The position numbers and the translations under genes are program-made. A stretch of DNA of 64,000 bases, taken from Terriglobia bacterium. Its GTDB lineage: Bacteria > Acidobacteriota > Terriglobia > Acidiferrales > UBA7541. The notes below the pieces were generated by a model, which was not told the DNA's origin, ran no database searches, and was given only the letters and a program-made list of their open reading frames with translations. The stretch's first letter is position 1, and each line of letters opens with the position of its first letter. Positions 26,771 through 35,928 of this stretch are shown one piece after another. The stretch covers positions 672,001-736,000 of the forward strand of contig OY968796.1 in NCBI GenBank assembly GCA_963695545.1, given 5' to 3'.

Positions 26771-27832
26771 GTGACCCGCACCCGCAGATCGTTCGCCGTG
26801 ATTGGAATCGCCGTGCTGGCTGGCGGAACGGCCCTCCTCGCCGCAGGGCACCGCCTCGGATGGCGCTTGCTTGAGCCTGCAAAGATGGCTTCGGCGCCGG
26901 AACTCGCGGCGCTGGCCCCGCCAGATTCCAATCTGGTTGTTTTCGCGAATGTGGCCGCGTTGCGCGCGTCGCCGCTTCTCGAACAGTTGAAGAGCCTCGC
27001 TCCTTCGCCCACCCCGGACCCGGACTACGCCGCCTTCGTGCGCGCTACCGGCTTCGACTACGAGCGCGATCTCGATAGCGTGCTTCTCGCATCGCACCAG
27101 GCCGGCGACAAAACGGAAGTCGTTGCCATCGCCGAAGGACGCTTCGACCGTCAGAAAATTCGCAGCTACGCGCTCGCCAACGGCAGACTCGAACGCCACA
27201 ACGGCGTTGACGTCTACCTTCTCCCCTCAGGCACTCCCGGAAGCCCGCAAGCGAAAACCATCGCCATGGCGTTTTTGAGTGACACGCGCGTGGCAATTTC
27301 CGACAGCGGAAATCTCGATGCGTTTCTCGCCGCGCCGGATTCTGCGCGCACCGCGCAAGCCCTCGCGGCTGCGGGAGAGCCTTCGCTCGACGAGCGAGTT
27401 TCGCACGTCGGCGACGCGCCGCTATTCCTCGTCACGCGCGTGCCGGACGAGCCCGATAATTGGGCGCCGGGCGGCGTGCACTCCGATCAGCTGAACGATC
27501 TGGTTCGCTCGGTTCGCTGGGTCGATTTGAAAGTCGATCCGCTACCGGACCATCTCCACGTCACGCTCGAAGGCGAATGCATCGATCCGGAAAAGGCCGC
27601 GTCGCTCGAAGGAACATTGACCGGCCTGCGCTTTTTGGCCGAAGCCTACATCGGCACGCCCGGCGCACAAAAGCAAATGGACGCGAAGGACCTGGCGCTC
27701 GCCCGGCAATTGCTCGATAGCGCCGTCGTCACGCACAACGACCGCTGGGTCTCGCTCAGCGTCGATTTAAATCAGGATTTGCTGAAATCCGGATTGCAGT
27801 CCGCGCAGCACGGCCCGCCGCAACAGAAATAA
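26771..27832 (+). CDS. Exported or membrane-anchored hypothetical protein
   Basis: TRRSF plus hydrophobic N-terminal stretch (possible Tat signal); GFDYERDLD and EGRFD motifs; normal codon usage. Confidence 0.75.
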   Translation: MTRTRRSFAVIGIAVLAGGTALLAAGHRLGWRLLEPAKMASAPELAALAPPDSNLVVFANVAALRASPLLEQLKSLAPSPTPDPDYAAFVRATGFDYERDLDSVLLASHQAGDKTEVVAIAEGRFDRQKIRSYALANGRLERHNGVDVYLLPSGTPGSPQAKTIAMAFLSDTRVAISDSGNLDAFLAAPDSARTAQALAAAGEPSLDERVSHVGDAPLFLVTRVPDEPDNWAPGGVHSDQLNDLVRSVRWVDLKVDPLPDHLHVTLEGECIDPEKAASLEGTLTGLRFLAEAYIGTPGAQKQMDAKDLALARQLLDSAVVTHNDRWVSLSVDLNQDLLKSGLQSAQHGPPQQK

Positions 27833-27856
27833 CTTCAATAACTGGGTTTTGAATTC

Positions 27857-28756
27857 TTAATCGCCGGCGACGGTCGTCCGCAGGTAGCGCATCGGATTAA
27901 CCGGCGCGCCATTGATTCGCACTTCATAGTGCACGTGCGGCCCGGTCGAGCGCCCGCTGACGCCGACGTACCCGATCACGTCGCCGCGATTCACGCGCTG
28001 CCCCGGCGTCACATTAAACGCCGAAAGATGTCCGTAAAACGTGGTCACTCCGAATCCGTGGTCCAGCACCACCAGGCGCCCATAGCCGACGTGCTCTTCC
28101 GCGCCGACCACCACGCCATCGGCCGTAGCGCGCACGGCCGTGCCGTACGGCACGGAAATGTCCACGCCCGTGTGGAACGCGCCCTCACCACTGAACGGGT
28201 CAAGCCGCTCGCCGAATCCGGCCGTCAGATGCCCGACCACCGGCCACAACGACGGCGTAAATTCGGAATCGGCCATGGTCGGCTCGGGCATCAACGTCAT
28301 CCCGGTATTCTCCACGGCCACCGCCGAGGCGTTTCTCTCCAGAAATTGGTATTGCGCGACGGATCGATTGAAGGCCGTTTCGGTTTCAGGTGGCGGAGTG
28401 TCGCCGGCAAATGGACTCTGCGGCAAGCGCATGATCCCGTACGTCATGGCCACTTCGGTGGCGAGCGATTGCAGCGAATCCAGGCGCTGATCCGTATCGA
28501 CCACCGTGCTCTGCAGCTGCTTGTACTGGCGTTGCAGCGTATCCTGCTGGCGGCGGAGCGTGTTGTAGTCGCCGACCTTCCAAAGCATCCGGCTGTACGA
28601 GCCAACCGCCGCAACCACCGTGATTCCGCCCACAATCGCAAGAATCGCAAGCACATGCACGGCGTAAATCGGCACGCTGACCTTGCGCATGGTTCCGCGC
28701 CGGTTCGAGGCCAGAAAAAATGTATATGTCTCAGGCTTCAACTTTCGCTGCCTCAA
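27857..28756 (-). CDS. M23 family metallopeptidase with N-terminal TM and coiled coil
   Basis: FHTGVD and GPHVHYEV zinc motifs, GYGRLVVLDHG, VNPMRYL. Confidence 0.92.
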   Translation of the reverse strand: MRQRKLKPETYTFFLASNRRGTMRKVSVPIYAVHVLAILAIVGGITVVAAVGSYSRMLWKVGDYNTLRRQQDTLQRQYKQLQSTVVDTDQRLDSLQSLATEVAMTYGIMRLPQSPFAGDTPPPETETAFNRSVAQYQFLERNASAVAVENTGMTLMPEPTMADSEFTPSLWPVVGHLTAGFGERLDPFSGEGAFHTGVDISVPYGTAVRATADGVVVGAEEHVGYGRLVVLDHGFGVTTFYGHLSAFNVTPGQRVNRGDVIGYVGVSGRSTGPHVHYEVRINGAPVNPMRYLRTTVAGD

Positions 28757-29043
28757 TTTTTTCTTGCGATCGGGATAAGGCGCATCTTATACCCGGTATT
28801 TATTTGCTTCCCGGTTTGGCACCCGATGCCGCACCCGGGAGCGCCTTGACTGAGCCGAACAACTGTTTGGACCGCGAGCCCTGGTCCGAAACCCGGACCA
28901 GTGTAGGTAAGGCTCTATCGGCCCGTCAACCTCTATTTGCCTACCTGTGGAAGCTTCCGGGCACGATTCGTACGCGTTACCCGGCGCCTTCGCAAGTGTG
29001 CGAAGATGAAAACACATTATCCGGGCTCAAAACAACTGTCCTA

Positions 29044-30039
29044 ATGAACAAAGAAGATCAGCTGATCGAGCGGATTCAGAGGCGGCTGAAAGTCCGCACC
29101 GGCCTGGTACTCGACCAAGCCGTGCTATCAGTCGGCCCCGGCGACGATGCCTGCGTGCTGCGCGCAACGCGCGGCCACGAATGGGTCGCGAGCGCGGACG
29201 CGTTTATCGAGAACGTCCATTTCGTCCGGCGCCTACATCCACCGGCGTCAATCGGTTACAAGGCGCTCGCGCGCGCCGCAAGCGATCTCGCGGCCATGGG
29301 CGCCGCCCCGCGCTGCTTCCTCCTCGGCTTGGCCCTCCCCGCGCGTTCGACTTCGCGATGGCTCGATGGTTTCCTCGATGGCATGGCCCGCGCCGCGCGC
29401 AAATTCGGCATGGCCTTGGCCGGCGGCGACACATCCCGGGCGCGCGCGATCGCGATCAACCTCACCGTTTTGGGCGAAGTCCAAACCGGCCGAGCCATCC
29501 ACCGCTCGGGTGCGCGCCCCGGCGACCGGATCTTCGTTACCGGCCGCCTCGGCGCCGCGCAATTGGGCCTCGAAATAGTTTTGCGTGGCCTATCACGGCG
29601 CGCTGACCTGCGCCGCTACCTCACGCCCCACCTTTTCCCCAGCCCGCCAATCGCGCTCGGCCAATGGCTCGCGCGTCACGCACTCCCCAGCGCCATGATG
29701 GACCTATCCGACGGCCTATCGACCGACCTCAATCGCCTCTGCCGTTCAAGCGGCGTCGGCGCGCGCATTCGAGAAGCGCGCCTGCCGATGGTCAGCGTTC
29801 CCGAATCGCTGCGCCGTCGCGGCATTGACGCCCCGAATCTGGCGCGCGATGGCGGCGAAGATTACCAGCTCCTCTTCACCGCGCCCGCTCGAGCAGCGCG
29901 AAACATTCCCGGCACACACGCTGGCGTGCGCATCACCGAAATCGGCGAAATCGTTCGTGGCCGCGGCGTTTCCATCGTCTCAGCCGCGGGAAAATCCTCG
30001 CCGCTAACGCCCCGCGGCTGGGACCACTTCGCCCGCTGA
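29044..30039 (+). CDS. thiL: Thiamine-monophosphate kinase
   Basis: GDDA, SDLAAMG, GGDT, MDLSDG, GGEDYQLLFT, GWDHF. Start taken at ATG 29044 (MNKEDQLIE). Confidence 0.94.
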   Translation: MNKEDQLIERIQRRLKVRTGLVLDQAVLSVGPGDDACVLRATRGHEWVASADAFIENVHFVRRLHPPASIGYKALARAASDLAAMGAAPRCFLLGLALPARSTSRWLDGFLDGMARAARKFGMALAGGDTSRARAIAINLTVLGEVQTGRAIHRSGARPGDRIFVTGRLGAAQLGLEIVLRGLSRRADLRRYLTPHLFPSPPIALGQWLARHALPSAMMDLSDGLSTDLNRLCRSSGVGARIREARLPMVSVPESLRRRGIDAPNLARDGGEDYQLLFTAPARAARNIPGTHAGVRITEIGEIVRGRGVSIVSAAGKSSPLTPRGWDHFAR

Positions 30040-30098
30040 CACCTCGCCGCGGGCAATTTGAAAAAGAACTTGGCTAATTCGGCCCGATGAATTGGGAC

Positions 30099-32384
30099 TC
30101 AGCGTTCCGCGGAGGCTGGCTCTGGAATTCCGTTTGCCAACAACTTAGCGAACAGCTCGGCGGGCACGGCGCGGCTGAAATAAAAGCCCTGCGCCTCGTC
30201 GCACTGTCGCGCTTGAAGAAATGCCACCTCTTCTTGCGTCTCCACGCCTTCCGCAACCACGCGCAGGTTCAGGCTCCGGCCCATGCTGATCATCGCGGTC
30301 ACGATGGAGGTTTCGTCCGGAGCGTTGGTGATCTGCCACACAAACGACCGGTCGATTTTCAGGGAGTCCATCGAGAACTTTCTCAGGTAACTCAAGCTCG
30401 AATAGCCCGTGCCGAAGTCGTCCACCGCCAGTTGCACTCCCGTGGCTCTCAGCGCCTTAAGGATGGATTCGGTCGACGCCGGGCGCTTCATCAGCACGCT
30501 TTCCGTCAGTTCCAGTTCCAGAAATCTCGGGTCCAGCCCCGATTCCTTTAGGATTGCGAATATGCCTTCAAGAAATTTCTCGTTCCGGAACTCCATCGCG
30601 GAAACGTTCACCGCCATTGAAATCGGCGGAAGCCCCGCATCTATCCAGGCGCGCGTCTGCGCGCACGCTTCGCGCAGAACCCATTTGTCGATGGCCAGAA
30701 TCAACCCGGAATCCTCGGCAACGGGGATGAATTTCGCCGGAGAAATGGCGCCTCGCTCGGGATGCGTCCAGCGCAGCAGCGCTTCCGCGCCGGTAATCTC
30801 TCCGCTCCTGAGATTCACCTTCGGCTGGTACACCAGCGAGAATTCCTGGCGCTCCAGCGCGCGCCGCAAACTCTCCTCAATGGATTGCCGCGCTACGGCG
30901 CGCACATTCATCGCCGGCTTAAAGAACTGATAGCCCTGCCGCCCATTTTCCTTGGCCTGATACATCGCGGTGTCCGCGTTCTTAATCAGCGTTTCCGCAT
31001 CCCGGCCGTCATCGGGATAGACGCTCACGCCGATGCTCGCCGTGACGTGAAGTTCATGCTCGTCGATCGAATGGGCTTCCGCCACCTCGTGCAGCATTCT
31101 TCGGGCGGTAATCGCGGCGTCTTCCTGATGCGCCATTTCGGAAAGCAGCACCACGAACTCATCGCCGCCCTGCCGGCTCACCGTGTCCGTCGCGCGCACG
31201 CAGTTCACCAGGCGTTTGGCGATGGATTGAAGCAGTTTGTCGCCGATCGCGTGTCCCAGGGAGTCGTTGATGTGTTTGAAGCCGTCCAGATCCAAAAACA
31301 GCACCGCGATTTTCTTGTTCAGGCGCGGCGCGAAAACCGTCGCCTGGTTCACCCGGTCGTTCAGCAGCATGCGATTCGGCAAGCCCGTCAGAAAGTCGTG
31401 CTGCGCGGAATAGCTCAGATGCGCTTCGCTCGCGCGCAAAGCCTCGGTTCGTTCCGCAACGCGCCCCTCCAAATCCGCGTTGAGTGTGCGGATTTCGGTT
31501 TCCGCCGCGCTGCGCTGCGCGTACTCCATATTCATTTTTCGGGTGTTCAGCCACACCAGCACGCCGAAAACGACCACGCTCGACGTGCTATAGATCGCCA
31601 GACCTAGATCCGTGCCATACCATCCCGCCCGCTCGCCGCGCAAGCATAGCCAGCCCAGTAGAAGCGGCATGAAAATGATCGCCGGGAGAAATCGACGCGC
31701 CATCACGCTGCCAGACCCTTCGCCGGTCAGATCGCCGGCGATGCCGCTGCGGGGCCGGGCGAAGAAAACAGCTGCGCCCAACAAAAACAGAACCGCGGCC
31801 ATGGGCATCGGGATCCGGGTATACAGCCAGATTTTATTTAGCGCCGTTGCGCGATAGACGTATCCGGTGACGGCGATCAGCGCCGCCAGCATGGGCCACA
31901 AGCTCAGACCCTGCGAGGGCCGTCGCCCGCGCTTCGTCTTCCACTCCAAAAGTAAGAGCGCCAACCCGATCGTCAATAAGGCCCCGGACGAAGTCGGCGA
32001 CATGCGTCCCGGAGCAGGCGTGGGGACAGTTCCCGCGAGCACTTTGAACAAGAGCTGGTCGATCCGTAAATTTACGCCAAAAAGATATTCAATCCGCGTC
32101 GCGGCGCCGATCATTGCCACCACCCACGCTAGAAAACGCGCCAGGTAACGCACTGGCTCGCGTGCGTCGCCGGGAAGCAGCAGCGACAAAGATGTTCCCG
32201 CCAGGATCAAAGCCAGCGCCATATTCGGTTTTATGGCCAGCGACCCGGGGATCACCGATTTCAGCGAATCAATATGAAACGCCCAGCCACACAGCACCAC
32301 ACATCCCATGGCGATAGCCACGATCGCTGACGCTTCGCAATAGACGCGCAGAAGCTTGAACCGCCGCTCGCTACGGGGAGCCAT
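30099..32384 (-). CDS. Multi-TM diguanylate cyclase/phosphodiesterase (GGDEF-EAL)
   Basis: About 8 TM segments, HDFLTGLPNR, RATD I-site 5 aa before GGDEF, EALLRW, DDFGTGYSSL, VVAEGVE. Start uncertain (32384 or 32444). Confidence 0.92.
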   Translation of the reverse strand: MAPRSERRFKLLRVYCEASAIVAIAMGCVVLCGWAFHIDSLKSVIPGSLAIKPNMALALILAGTSLSLLLPGDAREPVRYLARFLAWVVAMIGAATRIEYLFGVNLRIDQLLFKVLAGTVPTPAPGRMSPTSSGALLTIGLALLLLEWKTKRGRRPSQGLSLWPMLAALIAVTGYVYRATALNKIWLYTRIPMPMAAVLFLLGAAVFFARPRSGIAGDLTGEGSGSVMARRFLPAIIFMPLLLGWLCLRGERAGWYGTDLGLAIYSTSSVVVFGVLVWLNTRKMNMEYAQRSAAETEIRTLNADLEGRVAERTEALRASEAHLSYSAQHDFLTGLPNRMLLNDRVNQATVFAPRLNKKIAVLFLDLDGFKHINDSLGHAIGDKLLQSIAKRLVNCVRATDTVSRQGGDEFVVLLSEMAHQEDAAITARRMLHEVAEAHSIDEHELHVTASIGVSVYPDDGRDAETLIKNADTAMYQAKENGRQGYQFFKPAMNVRAVARQSIEESLRRALERQEFSLVYQPKVNLRSGEITGAEALLRWTHPERGAISPAKFIPVAEDSGLILAIDKWVLREACAQTRAWIDAGLPPISMAVNVSAMEFRNEKFLEGIFAILKESGLDPRFLELELTESVLMKRPASTESILKALRATGVQLAVDDFGTGYSSLSYLRKFSMDSLKIDRSFVWQITNAPDETSIVTAMISMGRSLNLRVVAEGVETQEEVAFLQARQCDEAQGFYFSRAVPAELFAKLLANGIPEPASAER

Positions 32385-32687
32385 TGAAATTCCGGACTTC
32401 AAGGCCAATGTGATTCCTGCCAGCAGAAAGTGACAAAAACGCACGTTCTACAGAGAAGTTTAGTTTGCCCGAATAAACATCCGATCCAAGCGAGTTTCGT
32501 AGCCCCGAGTGACTAAGCGATTAATCTCGCACGCCCACTGGCCGACCGAGCGATCTGCGGGACCACCCCCGCCAGACCGCTCCTCCAATTGCGCGCAGGC
32601 AGCCCGACAGGCCCAGGTTCGCCACTGTCGATTCCCACAGTTCGAAATAATTTCCACAGGCCTATTCGAATAACCAGCGCGTAATCA

Positions 32688-32716
32688 TTGACATACAGTT
32701 AGTTTCATGCTATAAG
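32688..32716 (+). promoter_or_regulatory. Near-consensus sigma70 promoter with no obvious gene downstream
   Basis: TTGACA (32688-32693), 17 nt, TATAAG (32711-32716), with extended -10 TG. Confidence 0.65.
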
Positions 32717-32958
32717 TTCGGATGAGTTGCAATCGCATCCCCTCGCCGCTCGATCTCTTGGCGACTTCTCCCGTCACGTTCGCCTTCCCGCGCGGTATGT
32801 CGTCGCTCCGTCTGCATGCAACCTGCACTCATCATGTCAAAAAGCGTCCATCCAAACCGAGCATCCGACCAAGGATGCGAGTCCCGAGCGAGCCGCGCGT
32901 TAGGCGAGTCGAGGGCCCCCTCCGAAAAAGGTGCACTCATCACAAGAAGTGCCCCTGC

Positions 32959-33104
32959 AAACCATTTAGTTTCAATATATTGCAAAAGAGTGCGCAACTC
33001 ACTGAATCGAAGCTATATCAACACGCTTGTTTTCACACTCATCCGCACTCTTTCCCTGGAAGTCTTTTGTTTGCAGCATTTTACGATTTTGATACCGGGG
33101 GTGT
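32959..33104. repeat. Array of four degenerate 25-bp AT-rich units ending in a G-run
   Basis: Direct units at 32959, 33020 and 33060, inverted unit at 32994, 10-bp inverted repeat AAAGAGTGCG/CGCACTCTTT, terminal ACCGGGGGTGTA. Confidence 0.55.
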
Positions 33105-33150
33105 ATATACTCGGTCGTTCTCGGGTGCTCGTCGCCGCCATTTCAACCGT

Positions 33151-34269
33151 TCATTCAAACTTGATCAGCACGATCTCCGGTTTCGTTCCCACGCGCAGCG
33201 GCGGACCCCACGTCCCCGCGCCCCACGTCGTGAAAATTATGAGCTCCTGGAAGCGTTGCAAGCCGTGCACGTACGGCCCGTAAATTCGGTTCGTGACCCA
33301 GGTCCAGGGAAGAAATTGGCCGCCGTGCGTGTGCCCGGAAAGTTGCAGCGAAATTCCCTCTTCCGCCGCGATGGCCAGCCGATCCGGAGCGTGCAACAGC
33401 AGGACGCTGGCGCGGTCTCGATCGATGCCGGCTTGCCGCAAGACGGATCGAAAGTGCGCCGCGTCGGTGGAGTCGGGGTACATGACGCCGATCAACTGCA
33501 AGCCGTCCAGAATTATCTTTTCATTGTTCAGCACGCGCACGCCCGCGCTTTTTACGGCGTCGATAAATTTCTGGCGATTGAAGAACTCCTCATGATTCCC
33601 GGTGATGAAGTACGCGCCCAGCGGCGCGTGAATATCCGCCAAAGGCTTCGCCAGGCGCGCGCGATCGCAGGCCGTACCGTCGTACAGGTCGCCGGTGATG
33701 AACACCACGTCGGGCCGCAATCGCTCGAGCATCCTCACGATCCGCCGCAGAAAACCGACATTCCTCACGTGGCCCAGATGCGTGTCCCCCACCAGCGCCG
33801 CCACACGGCCCCGCCACGATTCCGGCAGGTTCGGCAACTTCACGCTGATCCGCGTGACGCGCGTCCACGCGGCGTTCACCATGCCGTACACGCCCAGGGC
33901 GAGCGCAACGCCGAAGAATACGAACGCGATGCCGCTTCGCGCCCAATGCAATCCCGCCACGCGCGCCGCGCCGTACACTACCCAGCACGAGCACGCCGCG
34001 AAAAGAAAGTAATTCGCGATGCCCATCCACGCCGCCGCGATCGTATAAAGCACGCGAACCAAAATGTTGAAGAAGCGAAATGCCAGAAGAGAGGTGCTCA
34101 CGAAACTGATCGAGAGCACGGCTATCGCGATTTTCAGCTCGACTAGCGACGCAGGTGCCAAGGCGGAGCGCAGATTCCAGAATCGGAGCCATGTCTCGTA
34201 GATCAGCCAATGCCCCAGGAAGAGAATCGTTTGGGCGATGGCGATGAAAATAAAAATCTGGCGTCGCAC
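33151..34269 (-). CDS. Membrane-anchored calcineurin-like metallophosphoesterase (YkuE-like)
   Basis: 4 N-terminal TM segments; DTHLG, TGDLYD, GNHE, LLLHAP, SGHTHGGQ. Confidence 0.92.
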   Translation of the reverse strand: MRRQIFIFIAIAQTILFLGHWLIYETWLRFWNLRSALAPASLVELKIAIAVLSISFVSTSLLAFRFFNILVRVLYTIAAAWMGIANYFLFAACSCWVVYGAARVAGLHWARSGIAFVFFGVALALGVYGMVNAAWTRVTRISVKLPNLPESWRGRVAALVGDTHLGHVRNVGFLRRIVRMLERLRPDVVFITGDLYDGTACDRARLAKPLADIHAPLGAYFITGNHEEFFNRQKFIDAVKSAGVRVLNNEKIILDGLQLIGVMYPDSTDAAHFRSVLRQAGIDRDRASVLLLHAPDRLAIAAEEGISLQLSGHTHGGQFLPWTWVTNRIYGPYVHGLQRFQELIIFTTWGAGTWGPPLRVGTKPEIVLIKFE

Positions 34270-34381
34270 TCGGACCTGACCTCGATCACGATGTTATCAA
34301 ACCGCGTTCCTAAATCGCTTCGAGGTCACTCCGCGATCGAAATGAACGGTGGGATCGACCCGCCCGCAAGCCGCGAGTCAC

Positions 34382-35284
34382 TCATGGATGCGCCCTGTTT
34401 TGCGCGACATTCTGACCCGAGTTCGGCGCCGATTCCTTCGCTGCGTTCACGGCGTCCCGTGTGTCCGTCAGGGTTTTCATCATGATTTCACGCGGCAATT
34501 TATTCGTCAGCGGCTCAATCAGCCAGCGGAACGCCCACGGAATTCCGCGGCTCAGCGCGATCGTTTCAATTTCCACGTATACGCCGCCGTCGCGCTGTTC
34601 CAAGCGTGTCACGCCGACCTCGCGCCAGATATATCCCGGCCGTTGGTCCTCCGGATAAACATGCTCGTTCGGCTCTCCGTAGTCGGCGATCTCCTGCACG
34701 CGCACCGCGTTGCTCACGACGTAGGCCCGGTTCGCGTCCACCCTCACGATCCGCACATCGTTGTCGGTCTCCACCGCAGCGGTCACGGAAAAAGCCCTCT
34801 GCACCATCACCAGCGTTACCGTCTCATCGTCGCCGTTTCGCTCGAGCACGGCCGACTTCGCCACAAACGGCTTGTAAAAATCGCTGTAGTGATCGTAGTC
34901 GCCAAGCACGCCCACCACCTGGTCGAGCGTGACGTTCGGAAGAAACATCGTGCCAACCCAATCGTGGATAAGCCCGTGAGGCACGTCGTGAGGATCGTTG
35001 TTCACCACCACGATTTCACCGCCCCGCAAGCGCGGTGCAAGATCCGTCGGTTCATCCACCGACAAAAATGGGCTGCTTCCCGCGGCGCGCGACGTCGTGG
35101 TTGCCTTGATGATCTGGATGTAAGCGTCCCACGCCTGCACCGTTACCGGCTTCAGGTCGGTTGCGCCCATTGGCGCCGCGCTCAGCAGAAGGAACAGGCC
35201 CGCCAGAGCCGCCGCGATTCTTGCCGCAAGGGGTTTCCGTCCGTGCTCCGCCCCTGCGCCCAGCGTCCCGATTTTCTCTCGCAT
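34382..35284 (-). CDS. Secreted hypothetical protein, possibly START/SRPBCC-like
   Basis: GGGGGAG Shine-Dalgarno, signal peptide, GLIHDW...LDQVVGVLGDYDHY, long C-terminal helix. Fold is inferred. Confidence 0.7.
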   Translation of the reverse strand: MREKIGTLGAGAEHGRKPLAARIAAALAGLFLLLSAAPMGATDLKPVTVQAWDAYIQIIKATTTSRAAGSSPFLSVDEPTDLAPRLRGGEIVVVNNDPHDVPHGLIHDWVGTMFLPNVTLDQVVGVLGDYDHYSDFYKPFVAKSAVLERNGDDETVTLVMVQRAFSVTAAVETDNDVRIVRVDANRAYVVSNAVRVQEIADYGEPNEHVYPEDQRPGYIWREVGVTRLEQRDGGVYVEIETIALSRGIPWAFRWLIEPLTNKLPREIMMKTLTDTRDAVNAAKESAPNSGQNVAQNRAHP

Positions 35285-35329
35285 GTTCGCTCCCCCCGGA
35301 TTCTCAGGCCGCGCGGATGGCCGTTGAGC

Positions 35330-35890
35330 TTACGCCTTGATGAACTGCACATCCAACGTAATGGTGACTTGGTCGCCGATCAGCACGCCGCCGGTTTCGA
35401 GCGCTCCGTTCCAGATCAGACCGAACTCCTTCCGGCTGATGCGCGTCGTTGCGGACAATCCAATGCGCGTGTTGCCGTACGGATCTTTCGCCGGCGAGCT
35501 GGGCCCCTCAACTTCAAATACAACGTTGCGGCTGACGCCGTGAATGGAAAGCACGCCTGTGACGGCAAGCTCCCCATCTACGGTCTTCGTGATGCGGGTG
35601 GATTTAAAAGTCAGAGTAGGAAACTTTTCGGCGTCGAAGAAATCCGCGCTCTTCAGATGCGCGTCTCGCTGAGGGTCGCGAGTGCTGATGGTAGTGGCGT
35701 CGATCGTCGCCTCGATGCGCGAGTTTGTGATATCCGCGCGGTCAAGCGTCAGCGTGCCCGTGACGCCCGTGAACTCGCCCAAAACGTTCGAGATCATCAT
35801 GTGCTTCACTTTGAATTGCGCGCTGCTGTGTATGGGATCGATGTTCCAAGTGGTGGTCGCGTTTTCTACGGCAGTGTGTGCAGAGCTCAT
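35330..35890 (-). CDS. YceI family (polyisoprenoid-binding) protein
   Basis: WNIDPIHS, FKVKHMMIS, RDAHLKSADFFDAEKFP, RKEFGL; AGGAGG before ATG 35890. Confidence 0.93.
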   Translation of the reverse strand: MSSAHTAVENATTTWNIDPIHSSAQFKVKHMMISNVLGEFTGVTGTLTLDRADITNSRIEATIDATTISTRDPQRDAHLKSADFFDAEKFPTLTFKSTRITKTVDGELAVTGVLSIHGVSRNVVFEVEGPSSPAKDPYGNTRIGLSATTRISRKEFGLIWNGALETGGVLIGDQVTITLDVQFIKA

Positions 35891-35916
35891 GGAATAACCT
35901 CCTGTGCTACAGATGA

Positions 35917-35928
35917 TCGTTGCAACGA
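35917..35928. promoter_or_regulatory. Perfect 12-bp palindrome upstream of the YceI gene (candidate repressor operator)
   Basis: TCGTTGCAACGA, 27-38 nt upstream of the start codon. Confidence 0.35.

Noticed and set aside
26336..27832. Genomic island integrated at the tRNA cluster
   Set aside because: No integrase, no duplicated tRNA 3' end, and no evident composition shift in flanking genes.
28816..28833. Sigma54 promoter (TTGGCAC...)
   Set aside because: No GC at the required GG-N10-GC spacing.
28720..29043. N-terminal extension of ThiL in the ORF track
   Set aside because: No ThiL similarity before MNKEDQLIE, and it overlaps the divergent M23 start.
32959..33084. CRISPR array
   Set aside because: Units are degenerate, mixed in orientation and irregularly spaced, and no cas genes are present.
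32722..34146. 474-aa plus-strand ORF as a full protein
   Set aside because: About 70% is antisense to the metallophosphoesterase and the rest translates repeat DNA; only the promoter-ATG coincidence is kept as a finding.
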